A program made the position numbers and the translations under genes. A DNA stretch of 64,000 nt from contig OZ320321.1 of NCBI GenBank assembly GCA_976226885.1, positions 11,346,001 through 11,410,000 of the forward strand. Direction: 5' to 3'. Below, in pieces: positions 1 to 14,243 of the stretch (positions are counted from its first letter, which is position 1; every line of letters begins with the position of its first letter). The stretch is from Iphione sp. A-MEVVRFRX5 (taxonomy: Eukaryota). Below the pieces are notes generated by a model that saw only the letters and a list, made by a program, of their open reading frames with translations, was not told the DNA's origin and did no database searches.

Positions 1-5
1 CCTCC

Positions 6-42
<37 letters not shown>

Positions 43-1491
43 TCTCCTCCTCCTCCTTCTGTCCCTCTCCTCCTCCTCATCCTCATCCTGTCCCTCCTCC
101 TCATNNNNNNNNNNNNNNNNNNNNNNNNNNNNNNNNNNNNNNNNNNNNNNNNNNNNNNNNNNNNNNNNNNNNNNNNNNNNNNNNNNNNNNNNNNNNNNNN
201 NNNNNNNNNNNNNNNNNNNNNNNNNNNNNNNNNNNNNNNNNNNNNNNNNNNNNNNNNNNNNNNNNNNNNNNNNNNNNNNNNNNNNNNNTACGCCTTATGC
301 CGTCCTGGCTAGGTTGCTGGTAGCAAAGGCTAGCCCATGTCAAGCCCGAGTACCCCAGCCTGGCTGCTGCACGGGGCTATATGAATAGCCTAAGTAAAGG
401 AGAGGCGGGTGGCTGCCCCCCTTGATGAGGAGGAGGAAGAAGAAGAAGAAGGGGCTGAAGGCACCGGTCCAGTGGCTAGGGAAGATGGAAAGGGGGCGGC
501 GGTGCGCGGAAAATATCGTATTCAGGAGAGTGACCATACCCAGACACCTTAATGATGTCTGAGACAGGCCAATGGTCAGCTGCCCACACTCGAGCAGCCA
601 CAAAGAAGCCACCGCCAGTGCGCGCCACCGACTCGGGTCTAATTTGGGCGCCGCCCGGAGCAGCTCTATGGACGGCGAGCACACACAGTGGTGGCGATTA
701 GGGTCGGGTGCGCGGCGCTGGGTGGTGGTGGTGGCAGCAGCCATGGTGGTGGTGGGTGGTGGAGGGTGGTGGTGTTGGAGATGGTGGTGATGACGGTGGT
801 GCTGGCCAGGTATATTTGTTCACACACGAAGCCAGCTAGCTCGTTGCTAGAGCAGCAGGACCGAGGGATGGAGGGTGGAGGGAGGGGGGAGCGAGGTGGG
901 AGGGGGAGGGGGGCAGTCCGTGTATGACAACGCCATTGGGAAAAGAGGGGAAAAGGGAGGGGGCAGCCGCTTAAAGGCCTAGAGATGGTCGGTGGGGAGG
1001 GGGAGGTGGAAGGGGGAGGGGGAGGCAGGCTGCCATATATAGGGAGAGGGCGAGGGACGGGCCGACTAGATGTATCTGACATTCTGATCAATAATCTCCC
1101 ATGCTCCGATTGTCGACCACGGCCTCCGCCAAATCATGGCCCTCGCCACCGCGCACCGGGTGAACAAGAGCCTTTCAGCAGCGGCGGCAGCCAGCCCCCT
1201 CCCCGCGCCTCCTCCTCCACCTCCTCCTCCTCCACCTCCCGCTCGGCACCCCTCTCCTCTGATGAGATGGAATATCACACACCGGCCGCAGCCCATATAT
1301 AATTTTAATGCCAACGTTTATTGGGAGGAGAGTGGTCCGGTGGTGGTGGTGGTGGTGGCGGCGATGGAGGTGGAGGAGGACGAGGAGGAGGGGATTGGTG
1401 GTGGGCGGGTGAACTGCTCACACATACGACGGGTGTTACTATTAATGACCAGGGGAGCCGCTCGCAAGCCGATCCTCTCCATGGACGACGA

Positions 1492-1538
<47 letters not shown>

Positions 1539-2076
1539 GCTAACACCGCAGGGGGGACACGCCGAGCGACGACATATGCGCAAAGATAACATTAGGCAGC
1601 GGGCAGCGGTGGTGGTGGTGGACGGTGGCGGCGGTAGTAGTGCCGGAGTCCAAACGGCGTATATCTAATAAGCATGTTATTTCGCACTGCCGCCGGAGAC
1701 GGCGCGAGTCATAAACAGCGCCTATAGCTCGGGTGATCAATATTTAATTTGCGGAGAAATGCCGCCATCGGTAAGGTTGAATGAGTCATATGGTTGGCTA
1801 ATGCTAGGGTACATGTCCGTCTGAATTTGGGAAGTGTCTTTCAGCGTGACCCCGGCCGTCTGCCCGTGGAAATCATCGATCCATCTCCACGCAAGCAAGC
1901 TATTCTAACTATCTATTTACCACTAAAGGGGACGTTTGCCTCTCGCTTTGTTTTCACCTGTGTACATAACGCTGGACGTATTTTATTAACCGTTAGACGT
2001 CCATCTCCTCGCTCGCCCTTCGATGGCACCTTTTGTCCAGTTTCCTGTGTTCTAAACAGAAGTGGTTTTTCAACAT

Positions 2077-3912
2077 GACCCACTAAGAACACTACCATCA
2101 AGCACTACCACTCACCAATACCTACACCACCACCGTAAACCACCACAACACCGCCACCCACTTACACCTACCAACCACCACCACCCACTACGAACCCTAC
2201 CATCAAGCACTACCACTCACCAATACCTACACCACCACCGTAAACCAACACAGCACTAGCACCCACTTACACCTACCAACCACCACCTCCACCCACTTAC
2301 ACCTACCAACCACCACCACCCACTACGAACACTACCATCAAGCACTACCACTCACCAATACCTACACAACCACCGTAAACCACCACAACATGGCCACACA
2401 CTAACACCTACACCACTGCCACTGCCACCTACTAACACCTACCAACCACCATCACCACCACCCACTACGAACACTACCATCAAGCACCACCACCCACTAA
2501 TACCTACCAACCACCATCTCCACCCACTTACACCTACCAACCACCACCACCCACTACGAACACTACCATCAAGCACCACCACCCACTAATACCTACACCA
2601 CCACCGTAAACCACCACAGCACAGCCACCCAGTAAGACCTACACCACTGCCACTGCCACCTACAAACACCTACCAACCACCGTCACCACCACTATTGACT
2701 AATACCTACACAACAACCGTAAACCACCACATCACCACCACCCATTTACACCTACCAATCACCAGCACCACTACCCACTAAGAATACCACCATCAAGCAC
2801 CATCACCCTTTAATACTGACACCACTGCCACCACCACCCACTAACACCTACCAACCACCACCTCCATCCACTTACACCAACCAAACACCACCACCACAGC
2901 CACTCACTAAGGCCAAAAAAATAGGTGTGTTTCTGGTCAGGACCACCCAAAAACCTAGGTAGGGAGAGGGGTATCTTTTTTTTCACTTTCTTTCTGGTTT
3001 TCAATAATAATAAAGACAGTATGAAGAATTGTGACCAATGTGTATGAGTTTTACAGTTTTGTTGTGAATTTTCATGGATTTTCTTGTTTTTCTACTAAAT
3101 GTACTAAAAACATGTGCCATGAAAACATGCATCTAAAGAAATTCAGCCTTGGAATCTCTTTGGAGCCAAAAATTTTGTAGGTAGGGTGAGGTTTTACTAG
3201 GTAGGGGTGGGTTACCAGAAACACACCTATTATTTTTTTTGCCTAACCTACACCACCATCACCACCTCCACCACCCACTAACCTACGCAACCATCACTGC
3301 CCACTTACACCTACCAAACACCACCACCACTACTGCCACCCACTAACCTACATAACCATCACCACCCACTTACACCTACCAAACACCACCACCTCCACCA
3401 CCCACTAACCTACGCAACCATCACCACCCACTTACACCTACCAAACACCACCACCACTACTGGCATCCACTAACCTACGTAACCATCAACACCCACTTAC
3501 ACCTACCAAACACCACAACCAGTACTGCCATCCACTAACCTACACCACCATCACCACCCACTTACACCTACCAACCACCACCACTACTGCCACCCACTAA
3601 CCTACGTAACCATCAGTACCCACTTATACCTACCAAACACCACCACCACCACCACCCACTAACCTACACAACCATCACCACCCCTGTACACCTACCAAAC
3701 ACCACCACCACTACTGCCACCCACTAACCTACGTAACCATCACCACCCACTTACACCTACCAAACACCACCACCACTCCTGCCACCCACTAACCTACGTA
3801 ACCATCACCACCCACTTACACCTACCAACCACCACCACTACTGCCACCCACTAACCCACGCAACCATCACCACTCACTTACACCTACCAAACACCACCAC
3901 CACCACCACCCC
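2077..3912. repeat. C/A-rich minisatellite array (core cacccacttacacctaccaa(a/c)caccaccac), interrupted by the MITE at 2911-3243
   Basis: Visible tandem units. The + strand is almost G-free. Two sub-types occur: one with ctacgaacactaccatcaagc (left) and a ~60-bp unit with ctaacctacgtaaccatc (right). Confidence 0.9.
2911..3243. mobile_element. 333-bp MITE, PIF/Harbinger (Tourist)-like, with TAA target-site duplication
   Basis: Left end ggccaaaaaaataggtgtgtttctggt pairs with right end accagaaacacacctattattttttttgcc. TAA lies on both sides (2908-2910, 3244-3246). Removing the element restores the host repeat motif cactaacctac. Confidence 0.8.
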
Positions 3913-4415
3913 CAGTCGACTCCTGGTATGACTACTCGCCTGTCCGGCGTGTGTTCTCTATAGCACGTGACCCGCGCGTAGTTTTTTTGGGGGAAGGGGG
4001 TTAATTTATTTTGGGGGAAGGGGAGGGAGGAGATGCACGATCACGCTAATGACGTACGTGTAATTGCGGTATGTGTGTGTGTGTGTCTGTGTGTGTGTGC
4101 TCCGGGTCCCAAGTCGGACTTGGGGCTGAGATCGATGCCAAGGAGAGACCGACCCCCTCTGCCCCCGCCCCCTCCCCCCCCCGTCGGCCGCCGCCGCCGC
4201 CGCCGCCTCCATTAGCATTCGGTGGCGCCGTGTGAACAAAGAGTCAGCCAGTCGGAAACGGAGCGCGTGCGTAAATATGAAACCTGACCAAACAATATAC
4301 TTTGTCACCGGCATGATTGATTTTTCTCGGGGTGTGTGTTTTGTTTCTTTTGTTGGCGCTTTCGGGGGTGAGTATAGGTGCGCCCCCTCTCTCTATCGCT
4401 GCAATAGCATGTGTG

Positions 4416-4446
<31 letters not shown>

Positions 4447-7400
4447 GCATAACGCACACGCGCACACGCCCACCAACCCCGGTCCACCCCCTCCCTCCCC
4501 TGTGAGTGGGGCTCATCCAGCCGCCCTCCATGCCTCCTCTCAGGAAGACTGTGACGAATGGTGCTGGCTAACAGCAGGAGAAGGAAAAGGGACCTGAGTT
4601 GTTGAGACGGGTGGAAGGGGGGGGGGTAGGGCCCTCATCTGCCGCGGACTGCTATTGATATGCAACTCGCCACCAAGGTAGAGCAGTGCTCCAGAATATG
4701 ATTGACTGGCCTGTAAGACTGGTGGATGCGCCTAGATGGACACTGTGCTAAGGGCATCACCTAGCTCTCGCCGCAGCCAGCGCCCCCCACCCAACCTCCC
4801 GCCACCACCGCTCGCTCGCTCGCTAAACCCCTTGCTGCTGCAATTGTCTAGTTTACCTTTCAGTTGTCATTTCCACGCCAGGGCTTTGCTAAATCCCTGA
4901 TAAAAAAAATATGAGCCTTGTTTCCCGGACACACTCCGTCTTACCTGTCGGCAGATTGGCCTGGATAAGTTTCTCTTTTTTTTCTACGTAATTTCACACC
5001 TCATGATTAGAATTGTTTTTCACCTTCCGCGGTGCGGTATTGTTTAGGCCGTTTCTCCCGAGCTCGAGTCGGTGCTCCTTTGTGGAGGAGCTGCTCTCGG
5101 CATCCTTGCCTTACGTTTCTGCCTGTAGTGCTCAGCCCCCTGACGTGCCCCGATAGCGGCGCCCGCCGCCGCGCAGGCCGGAAGTGCCGCTCGCCGCTCA
5201 TATCGGCTATCTTTGTCCGGATGGCGTTAAGAGCAGAAATCCATCACTGTTGCCGCATTATTTTTATCCGAGAAGGAGGCGGCGGCGGCGGTCACCTTGG
5301 CAGTGGTGTGATGTGTCAGTTTCTTGTGTTTCACGTCTGTTTGACCAAGTGAGGCTATATAAACGGGGCATTGGGTATCGCGAGGTGAGAGGGGGAGGGG
5401 GAGGAGGGGGGCACAGAACCAAAGGCGGGCTAGTGGAGGGGGGCGGGCCGGGGAGTGTGTGTTAGTGTGTGTTAGTGTGTGGGAGGGGATGGGGGTGGTG
5501 GAAGGGGGTGCATTTAAGCGGCTCTAATAGGTGCTTGTGTCTGGTTTCTGGCTGTGGAGAGGGCTCCAGCCTTCACGCTCATGTAGGATTGTCGCCGTGT
5601 GCCGGGCCCGCTCCGTCACCGCCACCAATCACACCTCGGGTTTCTACCCTCCCTAGCCATCTTCCTCCCCCCCCCTCCCCCCTTCTTCTCCTGCTCCTGC
5701 TCCTCCTCCTCCTCGTGCTGCTGTAGCACCCAGCCAGCCGCCGCCGCCGTCGTCGTCGATGATAAAAGCGGCCCAGCGGTGATTCGATCGTGTCCCTTCG
5801 CTACGCCCCGCAGCTCCATTACCCGACCGAACATACGGATACACGAGGTATATGAGACGACGATAATTAATCACTGCCCACCGAGCATTGTTCTTCGGGA
5901 GGAGAAGGAGGAGAAGGAGGTGGAAGACGGGGGGGAGGGCCCCCAACTCCCGCGGGCCGCCGCCGCCGCCGCCCGAAGCCACTTCAGAAGCCACTGTAGG
6001 AGGAACCTGAATGGCGTAGACGTGCCGATTTATTGTGTTGGTTTTGGCGGTGCCGGGTCAGCGGTGGGTGCTTTTGTTCAGATGTCATGTTAGCAATCGA
6101 TGGCGTTTCTATTGATTCTGTCTGAAATAGCAGAGTAGATTGGTCAATCCTCTCTGTCGGAGATGAGAAGGCGGTGCGGCGCGGCGCAAAGAATATCTCC
6201 CCGGCTGCAAGCTTCCTCCTCCTTGCCCAAACACACAGTGAAAGCACTCGTCGTCGCCGCCGCCGCCGACGGCCTTCTTCGCTAAAGTCCGGGTCCATCT
6301 GCATGACTTATGGTTCACGGCGTGCCACCAACCGTAGGAAAGAGTCATTGTTTATTGTATCGGCCGTGTGCACTGTTTACTATAATGTATATCTAAAATC
6401 TCACTCCTTCCATACATGTCTCGCCGAAAAATGTATTTTCATCCATGCCATTTTTTTTTTTGGGGGGGGAGGGACGGTTTTGCATTCATATGTCGCCGTT
6501 TATTCCTGATAGCTATGCTTGTTATGCAGGAGGTTCCCTCATAAATCAGAGCAGCGAAGAGGGGGGGTGTTTTCAACAGTATACTGAGACGAAACTGTCA
6601 CCAATCCAGCGTAAGCGGCTTATTGACTCAGGCAGTGGTATAATCGGGCTGTTGTAGCATAAGATTAGCCAGTTAGCCGGGCTGCTGGGGGCCGCCGGTC
6701 CGTGCATGAGGCGCGATTCCATGGGCCGCCGCCGCCGCCTAATGTTTTTAATGGTGCATGTTCGTACTCACTTATGTATTTAGGCTAGGCCGTGAATTAG
6801 TTCACTGGGCTAGTGCAGTTACCTAGTTTCGCGGCCGGCAGTAGTAGTAGTAGCAGCAGCGGTCGTCGCCTATAGTCGATAATATGGATCAGGACCCCCC
6901 CCCCCCCCGCCCGCCGGTCCCACTGTTAGAAGCTTTCGGACTTTGACTAATGACATCTTGTTTCTCTGCTAGTCGCGGCTTAAATATCACCGCCAATTAT
7001 TTTGTCAGTGGCCTTATCCAGTCCTACTGTGCAAGGCCTGCTCGAGCTGCTCCTGCTCCTGCTCCTGCTCCTCCTCGCAGACCGAATACAGGCAATGCTG
7101 GCGAGCAGCTCGTCGGCAGCGGAGGTTTGTGTACGCAACTGGTCGTGGTGGTGGAGAGAGACACTGGAGGAGGTTGAGGGAAGCTGCTGTGGTGGTGGAG
7201 GTGGTGGTGGTGGTGGTGGTGGTGGTGGGGCGGAGGGCGCGTGTCAAACGCTCTGATGGCTCCTCCATGGTACATGAAAAGGGCGCCGACACCCACCCCC
7301 CCTCTTGCCAGTTCTTCCCGCGATGCCCCCCCCCCCGCCCCTTTAACATGACGGGGGTGGGAAAGGTTGATTGGTGGGTGGGTAGGAAAGGGTGGAGATT

Positions 7401-10400
7401 AGATACCTCTCGCTGAGGCACTTGGCCGTCGGCTCCTCTCGGGCCATTAAGAATTAAGAAATATCGAATTAATTGAAGGCCGTGCTGTGATCTGGGGCTG
7501 TTTGCGTATTACGTGCACGACACACAGTCCGCGCTGGAACGGATCAAAGTAGCCAGCTACACAAGTAAACTAGTCATAAATGGCAGAAGGGGGAAGAAGA
7601 AATAAAATGTCAGGGAGGACTTTCCATGCTTAGTACTATCACGATGGGAAAAGAGACAGAGTAAGGGAGAAGGCCATAAAAAGCACCCCCTCGCCCCCCC
7701 ACCCCACTTGATTATCAGCCGTGTGCGCAGCTTCAAAGGATCTTTGGGTTTGAGGTATTTTAGGTGTGTCCTTAGTGAAAGTTGTCGCTTATATCTGGCT
7801 GATTACGCACTAAGTTGGCGCATGCGCTGTAATTGGCTGTCTCTCCATTGTAGTCCCCGGACGACTGGCACACATCCCAAGACATCGTGTTGATTGACTC
7901 GCTTAGTCCCCCCCCCCAACTCTTCCTCACCCCCCCGCTCCCCCCCCCCAAACCGAACCTCTTTTTTATCGTAGTAGAAGAAAATTGAAATTGAATGTCT
8001 TTTTAGGCGGACCGCCGCCGCCATCGCTGCCGTCTCGAGCCCCGTTTAATTGTAATTACGGGAGTATACATGCAATGACAAATACATGTGCTTGGCGCTA
8101 ATGAGAGGCGTAATGGGGCTATATACCCGCGCTTTGATATCGGTTTTTCGCGCCTTATTAGGGGACAGGCTGTTGATGAACATTGCTGTAATTCGACATC
8201 AACAAGGACTTAATGATTCAGCGCATTTTATCCTTTCAGGGATGATGAGTGTTTATCCCCGGCGATGAAATAAGATTAATTCCACGTAAGGCTCGCGTTA
8301 GTCATAAGAATGAGTGTGTCCCTCCTATGTATATAGTTTTAAGTGCGGCTGGATATTGAGCCGGATGCAGTCGTCCGCAGGGAGGACGGTTAACGGCCGC
8401 TTTGTATACGCTCGGTACATTCTGTGTGTGTGTGTGCGTGTGTGTGTGCGTGCGTGCGTGCGTGCGTACGGCGGCTGATTCATGGCGTATTTCACCATAT
8501 GTAACGACGACGACGACGACGTCCGTGATTCAGCCACGGTCCGCCCGTCCGTGGATTACAGGCGCCGCGCCGCCGCCGCGCCCGGGTCACGCCAATCGGT
8601 GGCGTACGGCAAACAATGCAGCGGGAATGATTGCCCGTCTTTGTGCCGGCCACAAGGGCACTTGAGCGCCGACAGAATGTTACATTTCCATTGGAAGCGG
8701 CCGCTCCCCGGAGGCGGGCGGGCGGGCGGGCGGGCGGGCGGGCGGGAGGGGCGGGTGGTGGTGGTGATGGTATTGAGGAGAAGGGAGGCCAGGTTCACTG
8801 CTATAGTGGCAGCCTGGAGCCGCCTGCTGGGGTTTACCTCGTCACCCTAGAACCGACTACTCGGAGGAGGAGGGGGAGGAGGAAGAAGCATTGGTGGTGG
8901 TGGTGAGGGGCAGGCTGCGAGACGAGGGGGGGGCGGGGGAGGGGAGGCAGGAGGAATCACTATTAGAGGTTGGGTGTCAGCTGTGTGACGCACAGGCTGA
9001 GGGGCTAACACCCCCCCCTTTCTCCTTCTTACCGCCGCTGATGCCCTACCGTATGACACATACCTACTGGGGGGGGGGCTCTTTGTTTGAGGACCGAGGC
9101 GTGTGGACGTACGGCCACTCTTGCATACTGCCAGACTGAGGGAAAAGGGGTGAGTCAGTTGTTGCCCGACAGTAGTGCATCCAACTACCCACACACAGCC
9201 TCACGCACCCACGCACGCATACTACCGCGGTCGGTGGGTCACGCATCCCAATACGCGCCCCTCTTGGCTCTGTTCACAGCTCTCTATCACGTTAGTCAGC
9301 CACGCATGCCCTGGTGGGTGGGGTGGGGGTTGGATGGGGGGAGGGGGACTGTCACGCACGCACGCCCCCGCCAATATTGCCTGCATGACCGAAGCTCTAT
9401 AAAGCATATTATCTCCACTCACTTCGGGGAGGTGGCGGCGAGCGCGGCCGTACGTAGCAGGCGCGGCGTGTCAGCAGCTAGGGCGAGGAGGCCGCGCGGC
9501 CAGACGCGCTGATGACGGCCACTGACAAAAAGGTCATCCTGCGATATTGGCTTCTTTTTCGGGGTGTGAATTAGTGGACATGGGAAGCAGCGGCGGTCGC
9601 CACCACCACCGCCGCCGCCACCGCTGGGGAGAAGCGAGCGATGACGTGAGCGGCAGGGACAGATTTGGTGGGCTATGGGCAGCGGGAGAAAGTAGCCAGC
9701 CAGCCAGCCATCACTGACCACTCGCCGCCGCCGCCGCCTCCAGGAATAGCAACACCTCCTCCTCCTCCTCCACCTCCCGGGGAATAGTAACACTGCAGGG
9801 CGCAGGCGGCGCGCGGGGAGCCGGGGCCACATCACTTCTAGGACTAGCGGCTGTGATTTCACTCACGTCAGCTTGGCGCTGGCAGCGGTGGCGGTGGAGG
9901 AGGGGGGGGGGGGTGGTGGGGGGGATGGTTGGGGGCGGGGCGCTAGGCCAGCTACCAGCACTGCGCCCAGCCTACCGCTAAGGTGGACAGCGGGACTGGG
10001 TCATCTGCTACTATTGACCTGCAGCATTCTGAGTCACAGCTAACGGGAGCACATGGAGGGCAAGCACCACCAGCACCACTGGTGGTGGTGGTGGTGGCAG
10101 CAGCAGCAGCAGCAGCAAATGGAGAGGGAGCAGCGGTGGCAGTGGCAGCAGGAAAGACGGGAGGAGGTGCAGGAGCCGCAGCACGCATGACGGGCTGGGT
10201 GCGAGGCAAGTAGTGCACGACCGCGGAGGTTTGTAGCAGGCTCCCCAAGGCCGCCTGGCAGCTGGCCCAGCCTAGCCGCCTCCCACCACCTCTCTTAGCT
10301 GCCTTGGCCAAGACCGGGCCCTATATAGCAGCACAAGGGCCGCTCACGGGGGGGCCGGCCGGCCTCCATCAGGTGATGATCGTAACCGATTTGCTTTTTA

Positions 10401-11052
10401 TTGGCAAGGCTAGCAAAAACACGAACAAACTCCCATCAAGTCACAGAACAAAACAACGAGGCCAACAACAGCATCATTAAGACCATAGTAGAGTGAGGTA
10501 ATGTAGGAGGTAAAAAGGTGCGGCGGCGGCGGCGGCCCCGGCCCGGGCCTCCTCCTCCTCCTCCTCGCTGATGGCTTATCATGTTACGTACACTTTCGGG
10601 CCGTCCTCCTCCTCCACGGCTGCGGCGGCTGACAGGCGTGTGTTGCTGGAGAATCTTGACTCGTATTTTCCCCGAGATGTGTCACTCGTCCGAGTAGTCC
10701 ACTGCTGGCCATTGAATGCACAAACAAAGGATGACGAGCCGCTGCCACTGCCGCCGCCGCCGCCGCTTACCTCTCCCAAACAGACTTGCCCCAGCTCCAC
10801 CAGTTTACAACCCCCGAACTATATACAGTGTTTGTGAAACTCCTCCTTCTCTCACCTGACCCACCGCCTTCACGCCCTGCTCTGTATGAACTCTGCGGTC
10901 TCTATCATTGGCCTCCCCCCTCCCCCCTCGCGGAGCTGCTTTATCAGGCCACGCAACTATGTAGCCTGGCAGTCTTAAACGTCAGGCGTGATCGTGTGTA
11001 CCAAAACCACAACAAGGAAACCCTGAACAGGCAATGACAAAAAAAACAAACA

Positions 11053-11092
<40 letters not shown>

Positions 11093-11990
11093 GGAGCTCT
11101 CGGCCACCGTTTTTTGGTTCACAGACTGCTGCTGCTGCCGGTGGTGCCACGTCTGGTGTGGTAATTGGTTTCATGGAAAGGTGTTATATTTCGCTTTGTG
11201 GAGTATGTGTGTGTGTGTGCTCGACTTGGGTGCCGCTGCTGTATCCGGGAGAGGTGAGTTGTCATGGCGAGGAACAAGCCTTCCCACCTGCACCACCTCC
11301 CGCACGGCGGCGGCGGCGGCGGCTGATGTGGTGGGCGCCGGCTAATTAATATAGCTTGAGTGCCATGGCGTGTTTTTATTAGCCTGATACTAATACCTCC
11401 TGATATGTCGGAAGGGGGCGCTGATACGGTAGACTCGTCGCCCCTGGCCTCCACCTCCTCCTCCTCCTCCTCCTGGGTGGTAGTGGTGGTGGTGGTGGTG
11501 GCAGCGTGGAGAACGGAATGATTGATCTCATTGATTAGGCGCCATTGAGTATGGCGCTAACCGTGTGTACATTGTCGGCTCTATAGGAGCGGGGCCATGT
11601 CGGCAGTGACGGCGGGGGGCAGGATGGGGCGGCTTTCTTTGTCTCTGAGGGCGGGAAAGGAGAACCATTAAACTGTACCCTGGGGTGGAGGCTGCCAGAG
11701 GCAGGAGATCCACCACCGCTCGCCTGGGTAGACCGGGCTAGAAGGGTCAGTACCTGCTTCTAACCGTCGCCTCCACCAACTAAACTACACATGCTTGCTG
11801 CGAGAACTATTGCTCATCAGGACATGCTATTTATACATTGACCCGAGCTACTCGGGCGTGGAGTCGACGGTAGGGAGGGGGAGGGGGGCGGGGGCGTGGG
11901 GCGCCTGATAGCAGTAGCAACAATAAACAAAGTGCTTAGTGCTTGGCCTGTGTAATAATAACATCTGATCCCAGTGGTGCCAATAGACGG

Positions 11991-12460
11991 GCCATGGAGA
12001 CATGCTGCAGGCTTGCACCCTCCTATAGGCCAGACAGACTAGCCATGGAGACATGCTGCAAGCTTGCACCCTCCCATAGGCCAGACAAACTAGCCATGGA
12101 GACATGCTGCAGGCTTGCACCCTCCCATAGGCCAGACAAACCAGCCATGGAGACATGCTGCAGGCTTGCACCCTCCCATAGGCCAGACAAACCAGCCATG
12201 GAGACATGCTGCAAGCTTGCGCCCTCTGACAGGCTGGCCATGGAGACATGGTGCAGGCTTGCACGCTCCTGCAGGCCAGCCATGGAGACACGACTCAGGC
12301 TTCTACCCTCCCGTTGACCAGCCATGTAGACACGATGTCCATAGATATAGTGCAGGCTTGCACTCTCCCACAGGCCAGCCATGAAGACATGGTGCAGGCT
12401 TGCACCCTCCGGCAGGCCGGACAGGCCAGCCATGGAACCATGCTGCAGGCTTGCACCCCC
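11991..12460. repeat. 51-bp minisatellite (gccatggagacatgctgcaggcttgcaccctcccataggccagacaaacca), degenerating to ~42-bp units
   Basis: Unit starts at 11991, 12042, 12093 and 12144. It produces the repetitive ORFs 11943..12317, 11848..12291 and 12023..12463. Confidence 0.9.
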
Positions 12461-13623
12461 CACGCAGACCTCTACTCTCTACCTATTGTGGATTTTGGCG
12501 GGATTTCCTTCGAACTCCTTCAAACTGCATCCCTTTCATAAACCAGTTTTTTTGCCCCTTTACCTCGTAGGTGAGGAAAGCGTGAACAGGACAGAAATAG
12601 CTGCGGCAGTAAAATGAAAATGAAACATAATCGCTCTATACAGAACGTTAAGAGAGAATTAAATACAGTAAGGTACATGTGTGTAATTGAAGACGACCTG
12701 CTTGATTGCCTCCCGGTAACAGTATTGCATAGAATATGATCTTACACGTGAACAGTAGACGTCTGGCTGTATAGGTGTAGTAGCACAGTTCTTACAGTCA
12801 GTAATACAGACACAGAGGCAGTTTGGTGTACGGGTAGGGAGGGTGAGGAGGGTGGGGGTGGTGGGCACATATATACATACACAGATGAAGTATGGGTGCA
12901 TAACAGTATACACGCACACCTTCACGCATACACGTGTGCGTCACGTGCGTAGTTAGTGAATTGATACGGAAACACGCACGGGAGGCGAGGAAGCGCAAAC
13001 AGCGGGCGATGAATGGGGGCTGTTTGTTGATTGCTCATTCCTGATCATCAGGACCTCCTCGACTTCCAGAGAAACCGGGGCTGGTGGCGGCGGCGGCGGC
13101 GGCCAACGTTTTGACACACAGGCAAACGGCCATATCCTCGACGACAGCCATTGATGAAAGGGGCGGTGTGTGAAAAGCCGAAGCGGCTTGTATTGATATC
13201 ACAAAGGAATGGGCGGTAATTGGCCGCCGACGTTCCTGCGTCAAGCCACGCGCTCCGGCAGCAGCAGCAGCAGCGGTATGACCAAACTCCCCCAACATGA
13301 ATCATGGCCCATATCGCTGCTGTTAAGCTTGGGGTAGATGTGCATTTGTCTCCATAAATAGAAAGGGATCTATTGGTTACTCGATACAAGCCAAGGAGAC
13401 TACTCATTACTGGGCCATATGTACTACCACGCAGGATCCACTTAATTCATAAACACATGCATATTGTACATTGTACAGGTATATGGAATATCATCAGGTA
13501 CATGTGAGATCCGTGTACGTGGGTGTATCTTCTGTGAACGCTTTGTTTGTGCATATATCTTGGTCTCTCGATCCGTCCTTCTGTCTCTTTCTGTCTGTCT
13601 GTCTGTCTGTCTGTGCCTGCCTG

Positions 13624-13669
<46 letters not shown>

Positions 13670-14165
13670 GTTTTTTTTACTAAATTAAACCAGCACCACA
13701 CACATATCCATTATTGATTGTCGATTCACCACTGGGCGCGTGATGCCCATTATTGGAACAGACCTTGTGTCTGTGGCTAGTTCTGAAGGGGGGGGGGGGG
13801 TTTAATGTGGTCACGTCGGCCCCTCCATTATTGATACATATATCATAAGCCAGCATGGTGGCCAAAGGGCCAGCATAGCAAACACAGGATAATTACGCAG
13901 TCCGGATGGGTTTGGACTCTCACCATTGTGTAGTCAACATGCGTCAAATAACAATTTTCCATATATGAATTATGTCTGCCTTGCCGGCTACTCTTGTCAT
14001 ATATATTTGAATATAATATCAATAATTCAAAAGCATACTGCCTGTTGATGTCCCATATGGTATGTTCACTTCGGAGAAATGTTTCATTTGATGAATAATG
14101 TGCGGGATCGATTTTGAGTGACGCTCTCATATAGGCAACTCTTTGTTTTTTTTGTCTCTTTACAG

Positions 14166-14216
14166 CTTCTGGTGACCTATCAGATCAACGGCAACGAGTA
14201 TCACTTCATGGACTAA
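14166..14216 (+). other. Coding-like segment in the 5' leader (LLVTYQINGNEYHFMD*), in frame with the main ORF; contains a minimal uORF ATG-GAC-TAA at 14208-14216
   Basis: It starts at the first base after the acceptor. 12 of 15 non-Met sense codons end in G/C. It ends in TAA 27 nt before the main ATG. The other two frames also stop before or shortly after the main ATG. Confidence 0.4.
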
Positions 14217-14243
14217 CTGGCCACCAGTACAGTGTCCAAAGAC

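Noticed and set aside
11848-12463. Cys-containing 17-aa repeat ORFs (METCCRLAPSHRPDKPA) on both strands
   Set aside because: They arise from a 51-bp minisatellite whose unit is a multiple of 3 and stop-free in several frames. I saw no convincing gene structure around them.
12571-12672. Possible upstream exon of the TF gene (pyrimidine tract + AG at 12570, aag|gtacat donor)
   Set aside because: The donor is weak. Splicing to 14166 puts its ATG in a frame that stops at once, so it does not explain the coding-like leader.
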